A stretch of 64,000 nt of DNA from Mobula hypostoma (Eukaryota), in the NCBI RefSeq assembly GCF_963921235.1, contig NC_086108.1, positions 17,918,001 through 17,982,000 of the forward strand. The letters run 5' to 3'. The translations under genes were made by a program, and so were the position numbers. The notes under the pieces were generated by a model. It saw only the letters and a list, made by a program, of their open reading frames with translations, searched no databases and was not told the DNA's origin. Each line of letters opens with the position of its first letter. The stretch's first letter is position 1. Positions 1-11,078 of this stretch are shown here, piece after piece.

Positions 1-1179
1 GATTGTGTCAGGACTTTTGCTGGAGTTCTGTCCATGGCTCTGAGAGAAATCCTCAGCAATAGAAATAAATAGTTACACAAATTCCTCAGTACTGTGCAAT
101 ACAACTGCTGTAACAACTGGGGCATTAGTTAATGTATGTATATGCCTGCTGAGTCATTCACTGTGTCTTCTGTAGAGGACGATGTAGGATATATGTATTG
201 ATTAATAATGTACATATAGGGGAAGCACACACAGGCAGGGATGATATGACAACAGCAGGTTCAGCGTCTTGGCTGTCTGTATTTATTACTTCTGTTACTG
301 TCCACATGTGACCTGTGCTCACGTAGGCTGTAGTCTCTGCTCAGTCTATACATAGACTGCGTCTGGATAAAGCGTGTAAGTTTGATATCTTGTCACATGT
401 TTATTATTGTCACATGTGGTTCGAAACTTTGTTTTGGATGCCATCCATGCAGATAATTTCAAACCGCAAGTACATCGGGGTGGTATCAATTGAAAATCAA
501 CAACAGAATGCAGAGATACAGTTGCAGAGAAAGTGCAGTGTAGATGGGCAATAATGTGCAAGAGTCATGGTGACATAGAACCACACATGGGCTGCTGATT
601 ATTTGAAAACTATGTCTGTGGGGTCAATGAAGCCACATGCCCATTTGTCAACAGTGTTCTCTAGATCAGAACTCAGTTGTGATGTGAATTCAGAACGTCA
701 GTAAGTTTCACAACAGTGACCTCATGTGAAAACTGGAACAGTAATGTGTTCGCAAGTGAGCTGGACTCGCAGTGGGCTGGAACTCTGCACAGGTCACACC
801 GGAGATGGAGCTCAGTACCAATCTCGATCATTCACTGATGAACTGAAAGAGAAGCCCAGTGGCTGTCTTTGCTTCCTGTAGACTAACATTACTCACAGGC
901 TCCTGAACTGATTCGGTTTGTCCTCACTCTGTAAACTGGCATCACGGCTAGTGCTTTGGAAGGAGTTATTTTACAGTAAGTGATCCAGTATTTCTGATAG
1001 TTTTAAAGCATGCATAATATTACAGTAATCACACATTAATAATGTAGGGTACTATAAAAGCTGACCCATATTACTAATGTATAGTATATTGTTGATGTAT
1101 TCGATTGCGATGTCTGACTCAGTATGATCAGGATGTTTCATGCTTAAATATCTCACCTAATATAATTAATACACCATAG

Positions 1180-1500
1180 GACATAAGGCAATAAGACATA
1201 GGAGCAGAATGAGGATATTCAGCCCAATGAATCTACCCCATTATTTAATTAAGGCTGATGTTTTTCAAACCCCATTTTCATGTCTTCTCCCTGTAACACG
1301 CTTTACCAATCAAGTACCGGTCAATCTGCCTTAAATACACCCAATAACTTGGCCTCCACAACCATCTGTGCTAACGCATTCCACAGATTCACCAACCTTT
1401 GGCTGAAGAAATTCCTCTTCATCTCTGTACTAAAGGGATGTCCCTCTATTCTGAGGCTATGCCCTTGGATCTTAGACTCTCCCTCTAATGGAAATGTTCT
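1180..1500 (-). mobile_element. CR1-type LINE 3' fragment (decayed; boundaries approximate)
   Basis: Minus ORF 1321-1518 contains GHSLRIEG..RNFFSQRLVNLWNAL, the typical CR1 ORF2 C-terminus. Confidence 0.8.
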
Positions 1501-1740
1501 CTGCATGACTTTTTGCATATCACTGATACAGCCTATGAAAGGTGTGTTACTTTATAGTAACTGGTCCAATGTTGCTGTGTTGTTAAAATAATTTAATGAA
1601 TAAATAGTTAGCAATTAAGTGGCTCATACTATTACTATTGTGTATTTGAGAATTGCATTTACTTGCCCACTGTTAATAGCAACTAGTATAATAAAAATGG
1701 TAGCAATGACATACCTCATGTTACTTGGAACTTCTCCACA

Positions 1741-2045
1741 GCAGGGTAGCAGTTAGTGTGAGGCTATTACAGCTCAAGGCGTTTTGGACTTCAGAGTTCA
1801 ATTCTGGCACCATTCTGTAAAGAGTCTCTTTAGGTTCTCCCCGTGAAAAGTGTGGGCTTTCCCTTGGTACTCCAGTTTCCTCCCACAGTCCAAAGACAGA
1901 CTAGGTAGGTTAATTGGTCATTGTAAATTGTCCCATGATTGGATTAGGGTAAAATCAGGGTTCTGGGGTTGCTCAGATGATATAGCTTGAAGGGCATACT
2001 CTGTGCTGTATTGCTAAATAAATGAAACAAACAAATAAATAATTA
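1741..2045 (+). mobile_element. tRNA-derived V-SINE (HE1-like)
   Basis: B-box-like gagttcaattct; central domain ggtactccagtttcctcccacagtccaaagac...ggttaattgg; A-rich tail. Confidence 0.75.
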
Positions 2046-2848
2046 ATTAAAAGCTAAGCCGTTAATTGTGAGTGATTGAAAGCAAGGAATAGGTAGCAGG
2101 GTAGTCAGGATCTGCTGGTGAAGTAGCTCTCTGTCTGTGCTGACCTCTAAATAGACCTGATGCAGGTTAATGAAGGACTGAAGTTATCCTGGAGCAGTAA
2201 TAGTGAGGCCCTGGGGATTATTTCTAAAGGGTGATCTTTGTGCATTATTGCACATGCCTGAGTGTCCATTGCACACATGGGAATGGGTCTGTGGTTTCTG
2301 GTTGATCAACTTGGATGGGAGGATTGTCTGGGCTGCTCTTGCACCCATTTGAGATGCTGTAACTTGGTCTTCTGCTTTGTTTTCTAGTGCAGAGAGATCA
2401 TCAGTACAATGCATGTTACACTCAAAGGGTGGAAATGTGGTAGATGGAATAACTGGTTTATTGGTTTGACCCTTACCAGATCAAGCTTCATCCACATTCA
2501 CACCTGGGATTTCTCTGTGTTACATCAGTTAGAGAAATGCAAGCTGGTTTTGGCAATGCTGGATGCATGAAGGGAAGGGAGGGGGTTCATCAATCCAATG
2601 TGAATACTTTGGAAACTCCAGGATAGGAGGTGAAGGTGTAGGGGTAAGGAGAGGTCAACGGTGAGGGTGTGTGTGGGGGGGCTGAGGGATCAGGGGATGT
2701 TATGAGAAGACTTCTCTGAGTATTTGGTTTAATATTTTACTTCAGTTGGAAAGTCACTGAACCCAATGAGTATCCTTCCCAGGGTTCTTCTTACCTGGTG
2801 GCAATACTGGGAGAGTCCCAAAGCAAGTCTCACCATTTTTCCTGGTGG

Positions 2849-2849
<1 letters not shown>

Positions 2850-2901
<52 letters not shown>
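2850..2901. repeat. (TG)n microsatellite
   Basis: Perfect TG run of about 50 bp. Confidence 0.98.
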
Positions 2902-2903
<2 letters not shown>

Positions 2904-4029
2904 CTTCAACACCATTGCAGGCCCTGGAGGGATTCTTTGGGCCCTTGCAGTTGAATTCGCAATCCATTCAGCTCTACTGGTCTGAGTTGATGCAAATGTT
3001 TCCCAATAGCTCCTACTGCTCAGTGAGGGACGGAATAGGCTTGCATCCCATTACCATCATAGTGAGAGCTGGGGCTTTGCTTGGGGTGGGGCTGAGGGAG
3101 TGTGTGAAGCTCCCATGTTGACCAAGTTTTAAGGGTTATATCTGGGATCTGTTTGGTCAGGGAATTGGATTGTGATTAAAGATTATCAACTTGAGTTACT
3201 TTCCCACTCCATCTGTTGAGTGATCAGGCTGAGGAATAACATTATCTGGGGCTTCAGAGTGACTTTGCCTTCTGTCCTTTAAATTCTTGTGATGCTCACA
3301 CCTGTGAGAGCCCATTGGTGGTGTTCCAAATTATGTACTCAGACCCATGGGTATGCACAGGTAGCCTAGAGCAGGGGGTGACGGTTGTGTGCATGAAAAG
3401 GTCAAGGATTGTTCTGCATTTCAGAGGTTACTTGTCCTTAAAGCAGAAAGTATGAAGTGAAAATGTTTGACTTTGAGGCTCAGCAAGCTGCAGTTGAGTA
3501 AATGTTACTGAAAGTCTCCAGAGCGCGAGATGAGCCAACCAACAAATATCAGGCTGGGTTTAATAAAACTCTACAAAAATTCCAGCCTGTGGGAAAGTGG
3601 TCAGTTGGCAAATATTGACAGGTACCTCTGGGGAGGTGAGGGTGTTCCTTGAATACATCATTAGAGTACTGTGAAGATAGCCGGCACTTTCCTATTTGCA
3701 GGGAGGTAAAGCCCCCATTCATGTTTCAGGGGTCACTGGTCTCTCACTCATCTGAGTGCACAGATCAAAGCGGGGGGGGGGGTGCAGATTCACATTTCCC
3801 TTGAGCTATGATGATCAAAGTGGGAGGGGGGAGAGATACGCATTGTCCCTCCAGGGATGGGCTATGATGATCAAAGGGTGGGCCCTTGGCAATGATGAGT
3901 AAAGGACTGGATCAGTGCGAGATTTCAGTCAAATATCAGATAAAAGTGAATGATTTACTAAGCAGGACACTCTGGTGTGAAAGTTTAACTGCTGTGCTGT
4001 GTGGCATTGAATTATCTGTCTATGACTGT

Positions 4030-4862
4030 TGTTACGAGAATACACATAAAATTAAGATGTTTGCTGGCCTGGGCTAGCATCAGTGGCATCAGCAGTTGGT
4101 CTGCCACCTGCCCTCAGGGGAAGGAGAGATAAGGAACAATGGAGCAGCGTCTGGAGATGTGTAATGAAGGGATGTGGGAGGAAGAGCTGTCTGGAGCGGC
4201 TCCCCCCTTTGAACCCTGAACTGTTTGAAGTGATGGACAGGCGATACCCCAGCAGGGGGATAAAAAGGGACAGGTTCGCTAAGACAGACACACACGCCAC
4301 CCAAGGTAACGAGACCCTGGAAGCGGTACGCTTCTCATGAGTGGGTGGAAAGGTACGATCAGCGGGAACCCGGTGTGTGTCCGCCCTTGCCTGGGTGCCG
4401 GGTTCACTGCAGAGGATCGACCGCATCTGGAGGAGGGGTCACAGTCGGTGACCTCAGGTGACATCACCAAGGACCCGCCCAAATGCTGTTTGTGAGCCAT
4501 CTCGCTGGTCTGTGAGTGAAGCTGTGCTGAATGATGAGTTGTTCCTATTCTATGTCTCTCTTCCCCCACCTTGTCCATCGCCATGGCAACGATTACTGCG
4601 AACTGAACTACAAACTGAAATGAACTTTGAGTCATTTTGAAATTGGTCATTTACCCCTAGACAACGATAGAGCTTGATTGATGCTGTTATCTTAATTCTG
4701 TGCACATGTGTGGTTATCATTGTTGAATTGTTGCATTTATTATCCTTTCGATTACTGTGTTGCTTGTTTCTTTAATAAAACTTTCTTAGTTCTAGTACTC
4801 CAGACTCCAACTGAGTGATCCATTTCTGCTGGTTTGGCAACCCAGTTACGGGGTACGTAACA
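4030..4862 (+). repeat. 5' LTR (833 bp)
   Basis: Direct repeat of 8061-8889; AATAAA at 4774-4779; TATA-like gataaaaa near 4259. Confidence 0.97.
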
Positions 4863-4866
4863 TAAG

Positions 4867-4884
4867 TGGGGGCTCGTCCGGGAT
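4867..4884 (+). promoter_or_regulatory. Primer binding site complementary to tRNA-Pro 3' end
   Basis: TGGGGGCTCGTCCGGGAT, the 18-nt Pro PBS known from MLV, starting 4 nt after the LTR. Confidence 0.95.
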
Positions 4885-4960
4885 TTTGAACGCTAAATTT
4901 GGGACGGAGTAAATTGATTGGGTTAAAATTCCCGAAAGAAAGAAAAGACAAACAGCAGAA

Positions 4961-7888
4961 ATGGAGGTTGAGGAATTTATAAAGGCGCCGACCTTGGAGG
5001 CATTAGAGGATGCCAGGAAATCGGAATTGATAGCTGTGGCCAAACGGGTGAATCTTGCTAAGGTGAAGTCGACAATGAGGAGAGAGGAGATACACAGAGC
5101 TATTGTAGAGCACTATGTATCTAAAGGTGTGTTTCCCCAAGGTGAGCTGGGGGTGGTGTCTATTGAAAAACCTGCTGGAGACGCGGTACAGGTACAGCTT
5201 GAAAAACTGAGACTCGAGCACGAGTTCCGGGTACGGCAGTTAGAACACGAAGAGAAGCAGTTAGAAAGGCAGGAGAAAGAGAGAGAGTTAGAAAGGCAGG
5301 AGAAAGAGAGAGAGTTAGAAAGGCAGGAGAGAGAGAGAGAGTTAGAAAGGCGGGAGAAAGAGAGAGAGTTAGAAAGGCGGGAGAGAGAGAAAGAGGTAGA
5401 AAGGCAAGAGAGAGAAAGACAGTTGGAGAGAGAGGAGAAACAGAGGGAAAGGGAATTTGAGCTGGAGAAGTTAAAGATAAGGGCCGAGCAGGGGCTCGTG
5501 CCGAACCAAGGTGGAGGGTTCCGGGCGACCCAGGAGGTTAGGCTGGTTCCCCCATTTGACGATACCGATGTGGATCGGTACTTTCTCCACTTCGAAAAGG
5601 TGGCTATAAGTCAGGAATGGCCGAGGGATAAGTGGGTTGTCTTACTTCAGAGTGTACTGAAAGGGAAGGCCCAACAAGCTTACTCCGCTTTATCCGCGGA
5701 AGATGCCCAGAAGTATGAGGTGGTGAAGGAGGCCATCCTCAGGATTTATGAGTTGGTCCCGGAGGCATACCGGCAGAGGTTCCGGAATGCGAGGAAGCAG
5801 TGGGACCGCACGTATTTGGAGTTTGCTCGCGAGATGCAAACATATTGTGAGCGTTGGTGCGCCTCGAAGGGGGTAGAGGGGGATTATGACAGACTGCTGC
5901 AGCTGATTCTGATTGAGCAGTTTAAAGGTTGTGTCCCTGAGGGTATGAGACCCTACCTCGATGAGAAAGAGGCAGCCACGTTAGCCGTAACTGCTAAGTT
6001 AGCGGATGAGTATGCGTTGACACATAAAATGAAGGTTGCCCCGAGTAAAGGCTACCAGAAGGGTAGTCAGGACGGCGGGGAGAGTCCACTGGAAAAGTCA
6101 GAAAGTAAGCCGGGGACTAGTGAAAAGGATAAGGTAGACCGGGAGCAGTCTGGTAGGAAGTCTCCTGGGGTCGTCTGTTATAATTGTGGGAAAGTCGGAC
6201 ACTTTGCGTCCAGGTGCTTTGCCCCAAGAAAGGAGACGGGGAAAGGAAAAGCGGAAATTTTGAATGGCTGTATTGAGCTGTTAAGCGAACTGCTAGGGAA
6301 GGACAGGTCTGAAAAAGTCCAGGAAGGGCGCGAGAGGTTTATCTCGGCCGGACTGGTGTCAGTGAAAAAGAGGTTAAAACCAGTTCCAGTGCGGATCTGG
6401 AGAGACACGGGAGCGTGTCAGTCACTAATACTGAAGAGTGTATTAGAGTTTAGCTCAGAGACCCAGACTGGAGAGGTAGAGGTCAAAGGTGTTGGGGAAG
6501 GGACAGAGTCAGTCCCTTTGCACCAGATACATTTACAGAGCAACCTGGTCTCTGGACTAGTCACGATCGGGGTGAGGTCCGAAATACCGATGAAAGACGT
6601 GGAAGTCTTGCTCGGTAATGACATCGCCGGAGGAATCGTGTTCCCAGTCGTGAGATTGACGGGTCAGCCTGCCAGCATGGAGGCCCCGCCCGCGATGGTG
6701 AATTTGGCTGAAACATTTCTGCCAACCTTGTATGAGACAGGGTGTAGTGAGATAAGAGGTAGTGAGGGAGCTGGGACGGACGTAGCAGTAGCCAGGAAAG
6801 AATTTGTGCAGACGCAGGAGCGAGACGAGGGGCTGATGGTTTTTGCCGAGACCGCTCTCTCTGACACAGCCTTGACAAGGGAACTAGTAGGCTATTGTGC
6901 GGATGAGGAAGTGCTAAGGAAGAAAGGGAAATCAAGGACAGTATCCGCAGATGAGGAGTGGGGGGTGGTGCAAAAGAGTTATGGGGATGAGGTTTTTAAC
7001 ATGGCCCACGATGTACCCCCCGGTGGACATTTTGCGGTGCTGGAGGAAACAGTTGGTGGAATCATGAAAGAGAGTTACCGGCTGCCCAGGGGGAAAAATG
7101 TTATTGATCATGACCGACGCGAACTGAGACGGTCACCGGCTTTTGATATGCTAACAAACCTAGTCGGTGTTAGCGTGGAAATCAATGAAGCTAGGGGCCC
7201 CTTGATAAGAGAAAAAAACCATTTTGAAAAGATTAGGATGGGATCGGTCAGATGGGAGAAGGCTATTGTTTTGGCCAGATCTACTGATAAGGTCTCTCCT
7301 TTAATCCCCGAAGGAGTAATTAAACGACTCGCACCCATGTGTTTGATTGTCCCGAGGAAATGCAAAGAACTGGGACGTTGGGTGATTGTGGTTACAATAG
7401 GGCGGCCAAGTAAACAACACCCATATTTTTTGAGTAATTCAGTGACTAAAGGGCTGATGAACACAGAGGTGTGTATTGGCAATTTAACACGGCTGTCTGA
7501 AGCCAGCTTGATAGTGAACCTTGAAAAAAATGAATTCGGCCACACGAAGGTCACTTACCTGGGAATTGTGGTGACACAGGGGCAGCTGGCAGTGATGCAA
7601 GCTACAGTGCAGGCTATCGCTGACCTCCCAACCCCGACAGACAAGAGGGCCCTCAGAAGGCTTTTGGAGATGGTGGGGTACCGCAGGAAGTTTTGCAATA
7701 ACTCTGCGGTCAATACCCGTCCCCCTCCTACTAAGCCCTTGCGAGAGAAAATTGAGTCGGAATGGGACGACCCTTGTTGTTGTGGTCCGGGACAAAACCA
7801 AATGAGAGGTTACATTGGTCGCAATTCATCAGTGTTTTTGGCCACTATGAAGTTTGCTGAGTTGGAGCCTGGTCTAAGGGATTATTAA
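4961..7888 (+). CDS. Gag (coiled coil, SCAN-like capsid, CCHC knuckle)-aspartic protease fused to degenerate IN/RT/RH remnants, 975 aa
   Basis: PEAYRQRFR...LILIEQF (SCAN-like, ~5759-6012); CYNCGKVGHFASRC (6176-6217); RDTGA (6404); AHDVPPGGH integrase HH remnant (7007-7030); RT C-terminal part VNLEKNEFG..VTYLG..LRRLLEMVGYRRKFC. Confidence 0.9.
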   Translation: MEVEEFIKAPTLEALEDARKSELIAVAKRVNLAKVKSTMRREEIHRAIVEHYVSKGVFPQGELGVVSIEKPAGDAVQVQLEKLRLEHEFRVRQLEHEEKQLERQEKERELERQEKERELERQERERELERREKERELERREREKEVERQERERQLEREEKQREREFELEKLKIRAEQGLVPNQGGGFRATQEVRLVPPFDDTDVDRYFLHFEKVAISQEWPRDKWVVLLQSVLKGKAQQAYSALSAEDAQKYEVVKEAILRIYELVPEAYRQRFRNARKQWDRTYLEFAREMQTYCERWCASKGVEGDYDRLLQLILIEQFKGCVPEGMRPYLDEKEAATLAVTAKLADEYALTHKMKVAPSKGYQKGSQDGGESPLEKSESKPGTSEKDKVDREQSGRKSPGVVCYNCGKVGHFASRCFAPRKETGKGKAEILNGCIELLSELLGKDRSEKVQEGRERFISAGLVSVKKRLKPVPVRIWRDTGACQSLILKSVLEFSSETQTGEVEVKGVGEGTESVPLHQIHLQSNLVSGLVTIGVRSEIPMKDVEVLLGNDIAGGIVFPVVRLTGQPASMEAPPAMVNLAETFLPTLYETGCSEIRGSEGAGTDVAVARKEFVQTQERDEGLMVFAETALSDTALTRELVGYCADEEVLRKKGKSRTVSADEEWGVVQKSYGDEVFNMAHDVPPGGHFAVLEETVGGIMKESYRLPRGKNVIDHDRRELRRSPAFDMLTNLVGVSVEINEARGPLIREKNHFEKIRMGSVRWEKAIVLARSTDKVSPLIPEGVIKRLAPMCLIVPRKCKELGRWVIVVTIGRPSKQHPYFLSNSVTKGLMNTEVCIGNLTRLSEASLIVNLEKNEFGHTKVTYLGIVVTQGQLAVMQATVQAIADLPTPTDKRALRRLLEMVGYRRKFCNNSAVNTRPPPTKPLREKIESEWDDPCCCGPGQNQMRGYIGRNSSVFLATMKFAELEPGLRDY
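5258..5420 (+). repeat. 27-nt coding tandem repeat (ELERQEKER), about 6 copies, within gag
   Basis: gagttagaaaggcaggagaaagagaga units with minor variation. Confidence 0.9.
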
Positions 7889-8048
7889 TAACACGTGTAA
7901 AAGGAACAGAAAATGTGATGACTGTCTGTCAAGGTGTTGACAGCTTCAAATTCTCTGTATTAGCTAAATAACTGTTAAAGATGTATATTGTGTATGTATC
8001 AGATAATGTAGTCATGTTTGTAATTTTTACCTCCCGGTAAAAATCCTT

Positions 8049-8060
8049 AAAGGGGGGAAG
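8049..8060 (+). promoter_or_regulatory. Polypurine tract
   Basis: aaaggggggaag directly abutting the 3' LTR. Confidence 0.92.
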
Positions 8061-8889
8061 TGTTACGAGAATACACATAAAATTAAGATGTTTGCTGGCC
8101 TGGGCTAGCATCAGTGGCATCAGCAGTTGGTCTGCCACCTGCCCTCAGGGGAAGGAGAGATAAGGAACAATGGAGCAGCGTCTGGAGATGTGTAATGAAG
8201 GGATGTGGGAGGAAGAGCTGTCTGGAGCGGCTCCCCCCTTTGAACCCTGAACTGTTTGAAGTGATGGACAGGCGATACCCCAGCAGGGGGATAAAAAGGG
8301 ACAGGTTCGCTAAGACAGACACACACGCCACCCGAGGTAACGAGACCCTGGAAGCGGTACGCTTCTCACGAGTGGGTGGAAAGGTACGATCAGCGGGAAC
8401 CCGGTGTGTGTCCGCCCTTGCCTGGGTGCCGGGTTCACTGCAGAGGATCGACCGCATCTGGAGGAGGGGTCACAGTCGGTGACCTCAGGTGACATCACCA
8501 AGGACCCGCCCAAATGCTGTTTGTGAGCCATCTCGCTGGTCTGTGAGTGAAGCTGTGCTGAATGATGAGTTGTTCCTATTCTATGTCTCTCTTCCCCCAC
8601 CTTGTCCATCGCCATGGCAACGATTACTGCGAACTGAACTACAAACTGAAATGAACTTTGAGTCATTTTGAAATTGGTCATTTACCCCTAGACAACGATA
8701 GAGCTTGATTGATGCTGTTATCTTAATTCTGTGCACATGTGTGGTTATCATTGTTGAATTGTTGCATTTATTATCCTTTCGATTACTGTGTTGCTTGTTT
8801 CTTTAATAAAACTTTCTTAGTTCTAGTACTCCAGACTCCAACTGAGTGATCCATTTCTGCTGGTTTTGGCAGTTACGGGGTACGTAACA
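8061..8889 (+). repeat. 3' LTR (829 bp)
   Basis: Matches the 5' LTR except for two substitutions and a small indel cluster near the 3' end. Confidence 0.97.
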
Positions 8890-9561
8890 GTGTGCCCTGC
8901 TTAGCTCCACTGTACATCTTTTGTACATGTTCAGTGCACATCTTTTCTTCGTTGGTTGTAAGGTTCTTAGATGTTCTGGACAAACTGCATTTGTGTGGGA
9001 ATTTTAACATGGCCCTGTGGCACTTCACAAGAGTATCATCATCCAGAAATGGATGCATAAAATGCTAGCAGTATTGTCACAAACTGTAGGTCATAGAGTG
9101 GCCATCTTGGTTAGCTTGGAAGTAGGCCCTTCAGCGATGCTAAACAAGATTGCTACCTAAGCTAGTCCTATTCGACCACATTTGGAGACCCCTCTGCCTT
9201 TCTTATCTGTGTATCTGTCCAAGTAGGTTTTACAAGAGTGTAACACCTGTGTAGCACCGATCTTATTATGTGTGACTACTCACCGCACTTTGAGAAAATC
9301 AAATTACACTAAGTGCTAGTAAGTCATCAGAGGTTTCTGGTTTCGGAAAGAGGCAGTAAATTCAAACTACACACTTCCAGGGATAATGTTTGTTTTAAAA
9401 AAAAATGCACGGGACTTCCGGCGTCGAGTATGGAGTGAGTTGGTGCGTGTGAGTGTGGCTCCCGATTTTTATTGAAAATCTACCTGTTTATCTTTGCCGT
9501 ATGCTCGAGATAACTGGATACTTACCATTGTGAACAACGCGGGACATAGCTGGACATTGAA

Positions 9562-10470
9562 ATGGCAAGTAGAATGTACCTTCGAAGTAAAGCTGGGGAA
9601 AAAGATAGCGAAGCCTCGAGCAAGCAGACTGATGTTACAGAAATGGCGCCGTTGCACGCTGCTGGAGCTGGTCCCGGACCTGCCCTACCCGATGACTTGG
9701 AGAGGCTTCGTTTAGTGCTTATTACTGACATGACGCAAGCGGTGCATTCTGCCCTAAAAAGGGAACTTGAAGATGCTTTATCACCAGTGACTGCTACCAT
9801 GGAACAAATTATGTCTGCTTACGAGACACACGACGAACGCATTCGTGAGGTTGAAGACGGCCTGAATGATTACAGTGACCGACTGGTGAGCGCCAAAGCC
9901 GCCATTGCAGCGTTGCAGAGCGAAAACGCAGTTCTGAAGGGAAAGCTAGATGACCTCGAAAATCGGTCGCGGAGATCTAATTTGAGAGTGGTCGGCATTC
10001 CTGAAAATTTGGAAGGTTCGGACCCTGTTAAATTTATGACCGAGTTTTTTGACGAAGTGCTGGGGGCAGATTTTTTCCCAAGTCCTCTCGTACTTTCGCG
10101 TGCTCACCGAGTCGGACGTAAACCATCCGGTGTCTCTGGAGCCAAGCAAACGAGACCAAGAATGTTCCTGGTTTGCTTTCACTCCTTTCAAGATAAGCAA
10201 CGCATCATCAACAGACGGAAGCAGGAGCTGTATTTCCGCGGACACCGCGTGCTTTTTTATGAAGATTTTAGTGCGGAGCTGGGTAAAAAACGAGCAGCTT
10301 TCAAGGAGGTGAAATCCCTGCTTTACGGGAAAGGGGTCAGGTTCGGCCTCTTGTATCCTGCCCAGCTCCGGGTCATGCATGAAGGTAAAAAGCATTATTT
10401 TGATACACCAGAGGCGGCCAAAGAGTTTTACCATTCACGCTGGGGAGAACAAGAACGAGAAGAGCAATGA
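9562..10470 (+). CDS. L1 ORF1p (coiled coil, RRM, CTD), 302 aa
   Basis: LDDLENRSRRSNLRVVGIPE, RAHRV, FYEDFSAEL..KRAAF, FGLLYPAQLRV. Confidence 0.93.
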   Translation: MASRMYLRSKAGEKDSEASSKQTDVTEMAPLHAAGAGPGPALPDDLERLRLVLITDMTQAVHSALKRELEDALSPVTATMEQIMSAYETHDERIREVEDGLNDYSDRLVSAKAAIAALQSENAVLKGKLDDLENRSRRSNLRVVGIPENLEGSDPVKFMTEFFDEVLGADFFPSPLVLSRAHRVGRKPSGVSGAKQTRPRMFLVCFHSFQDKQRIINRRKQELYFRGHRVLFYEDFSAELGKKRAAFKEVKSLLYGKGVRFGLLYPAQLRVMHEGKKHYFDTPEAAKEFYHSRWGEQEREEQ

Positions 10471-11078
10471 CTTTTTTTTTAGGTTATTCGTGCAGCATTG
10501 AAGGGGCCTCATGCCGAAGCAAACTGTTAATTTTCACAATTCACTTCTTTGTTCATTTTTTCCAGTTTAATTTGTGGAACGCGATCGAGTCGAACTGCTA
10601 TGCTGCCGAAACTGATTAACAAAAACTTTCAACCAGCAAAATGTAAATATTTGGGATTTATATCTCGGGTGTTTAAGTTGCCCAGTGTGTTTTTTTATGT
10701 TTTTAATGCTTAGCTTGACCTGTGTTATCTTTAGCCTATATGTTATATTAAAGGTAGTATAAGTGATAGGATAAATTTTAGGGAGGGGAGCCACCCTAGA
10801 TTAGATTGAAAATTGGGTTGTATGGGGGACGCCTTGGAAGTTTTTTGTTGGGTACTGCCTGCGATCATCCTCAATTGGGGAGGTAGATCTAGACTTCGGG
10901 GGTTAATTGGGTTTTTTTGTTTGTGTAAAGGGGTGGGGGGAGTGTTTTGGGGGATTACCATGGCAGTTTATTCTTTTGTGTGTTACGGATTGATCAGACT
11001 TTCTTTTTATTGTGCGTTATTGTGTGCAACTTATACCCTCACACTGTTTTGGATTGTAGGCCCTGTGTGTCTTTTGAT

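Larger units (their letters stand above)
4030..8889 (+). mobile_element. Gmr1-type Ty3/Gypsy LTR retrotransposon, internally deleted, non-autonomous, young
   Basis: Two near-identical LTRs with TGTTACG...CGTAACA termini; PBS; PPT; gag-pol ORF with domain order PR-IN-RT-RH. Flanks CTGT/GTGT match 3 of 4. Confidence 0.93.

Noticed and set aside
655..705. Possible micro-exon (acag|...|gtaag)
   Set aside because: Weak polypyrimidine tract, 46-nt length and no recognisable peptide.
4052..4650. ORFs of 60-124 aa duplicated at 8083-8681
   Set aside because: They lie within the LTRs and have no recognisable domain; one is broken by a stop in the 5' LTR.
4961..7888. Domesticated SCAN zinc-finger host gene, or an endogenous retrovirus suggested by the Pro PBS
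   Set aside because: It is flanked by young LTRs, has no C2H2 fingers and no env, and the domain order is Gmr1/Gypsy.
10947..11078. N-terminal extension of L1 ORF2 from a TTG start
   Set aside because: The first ATG at 11079 lies just before the endonuclease motif; the extension is U-rich spacer sequence.
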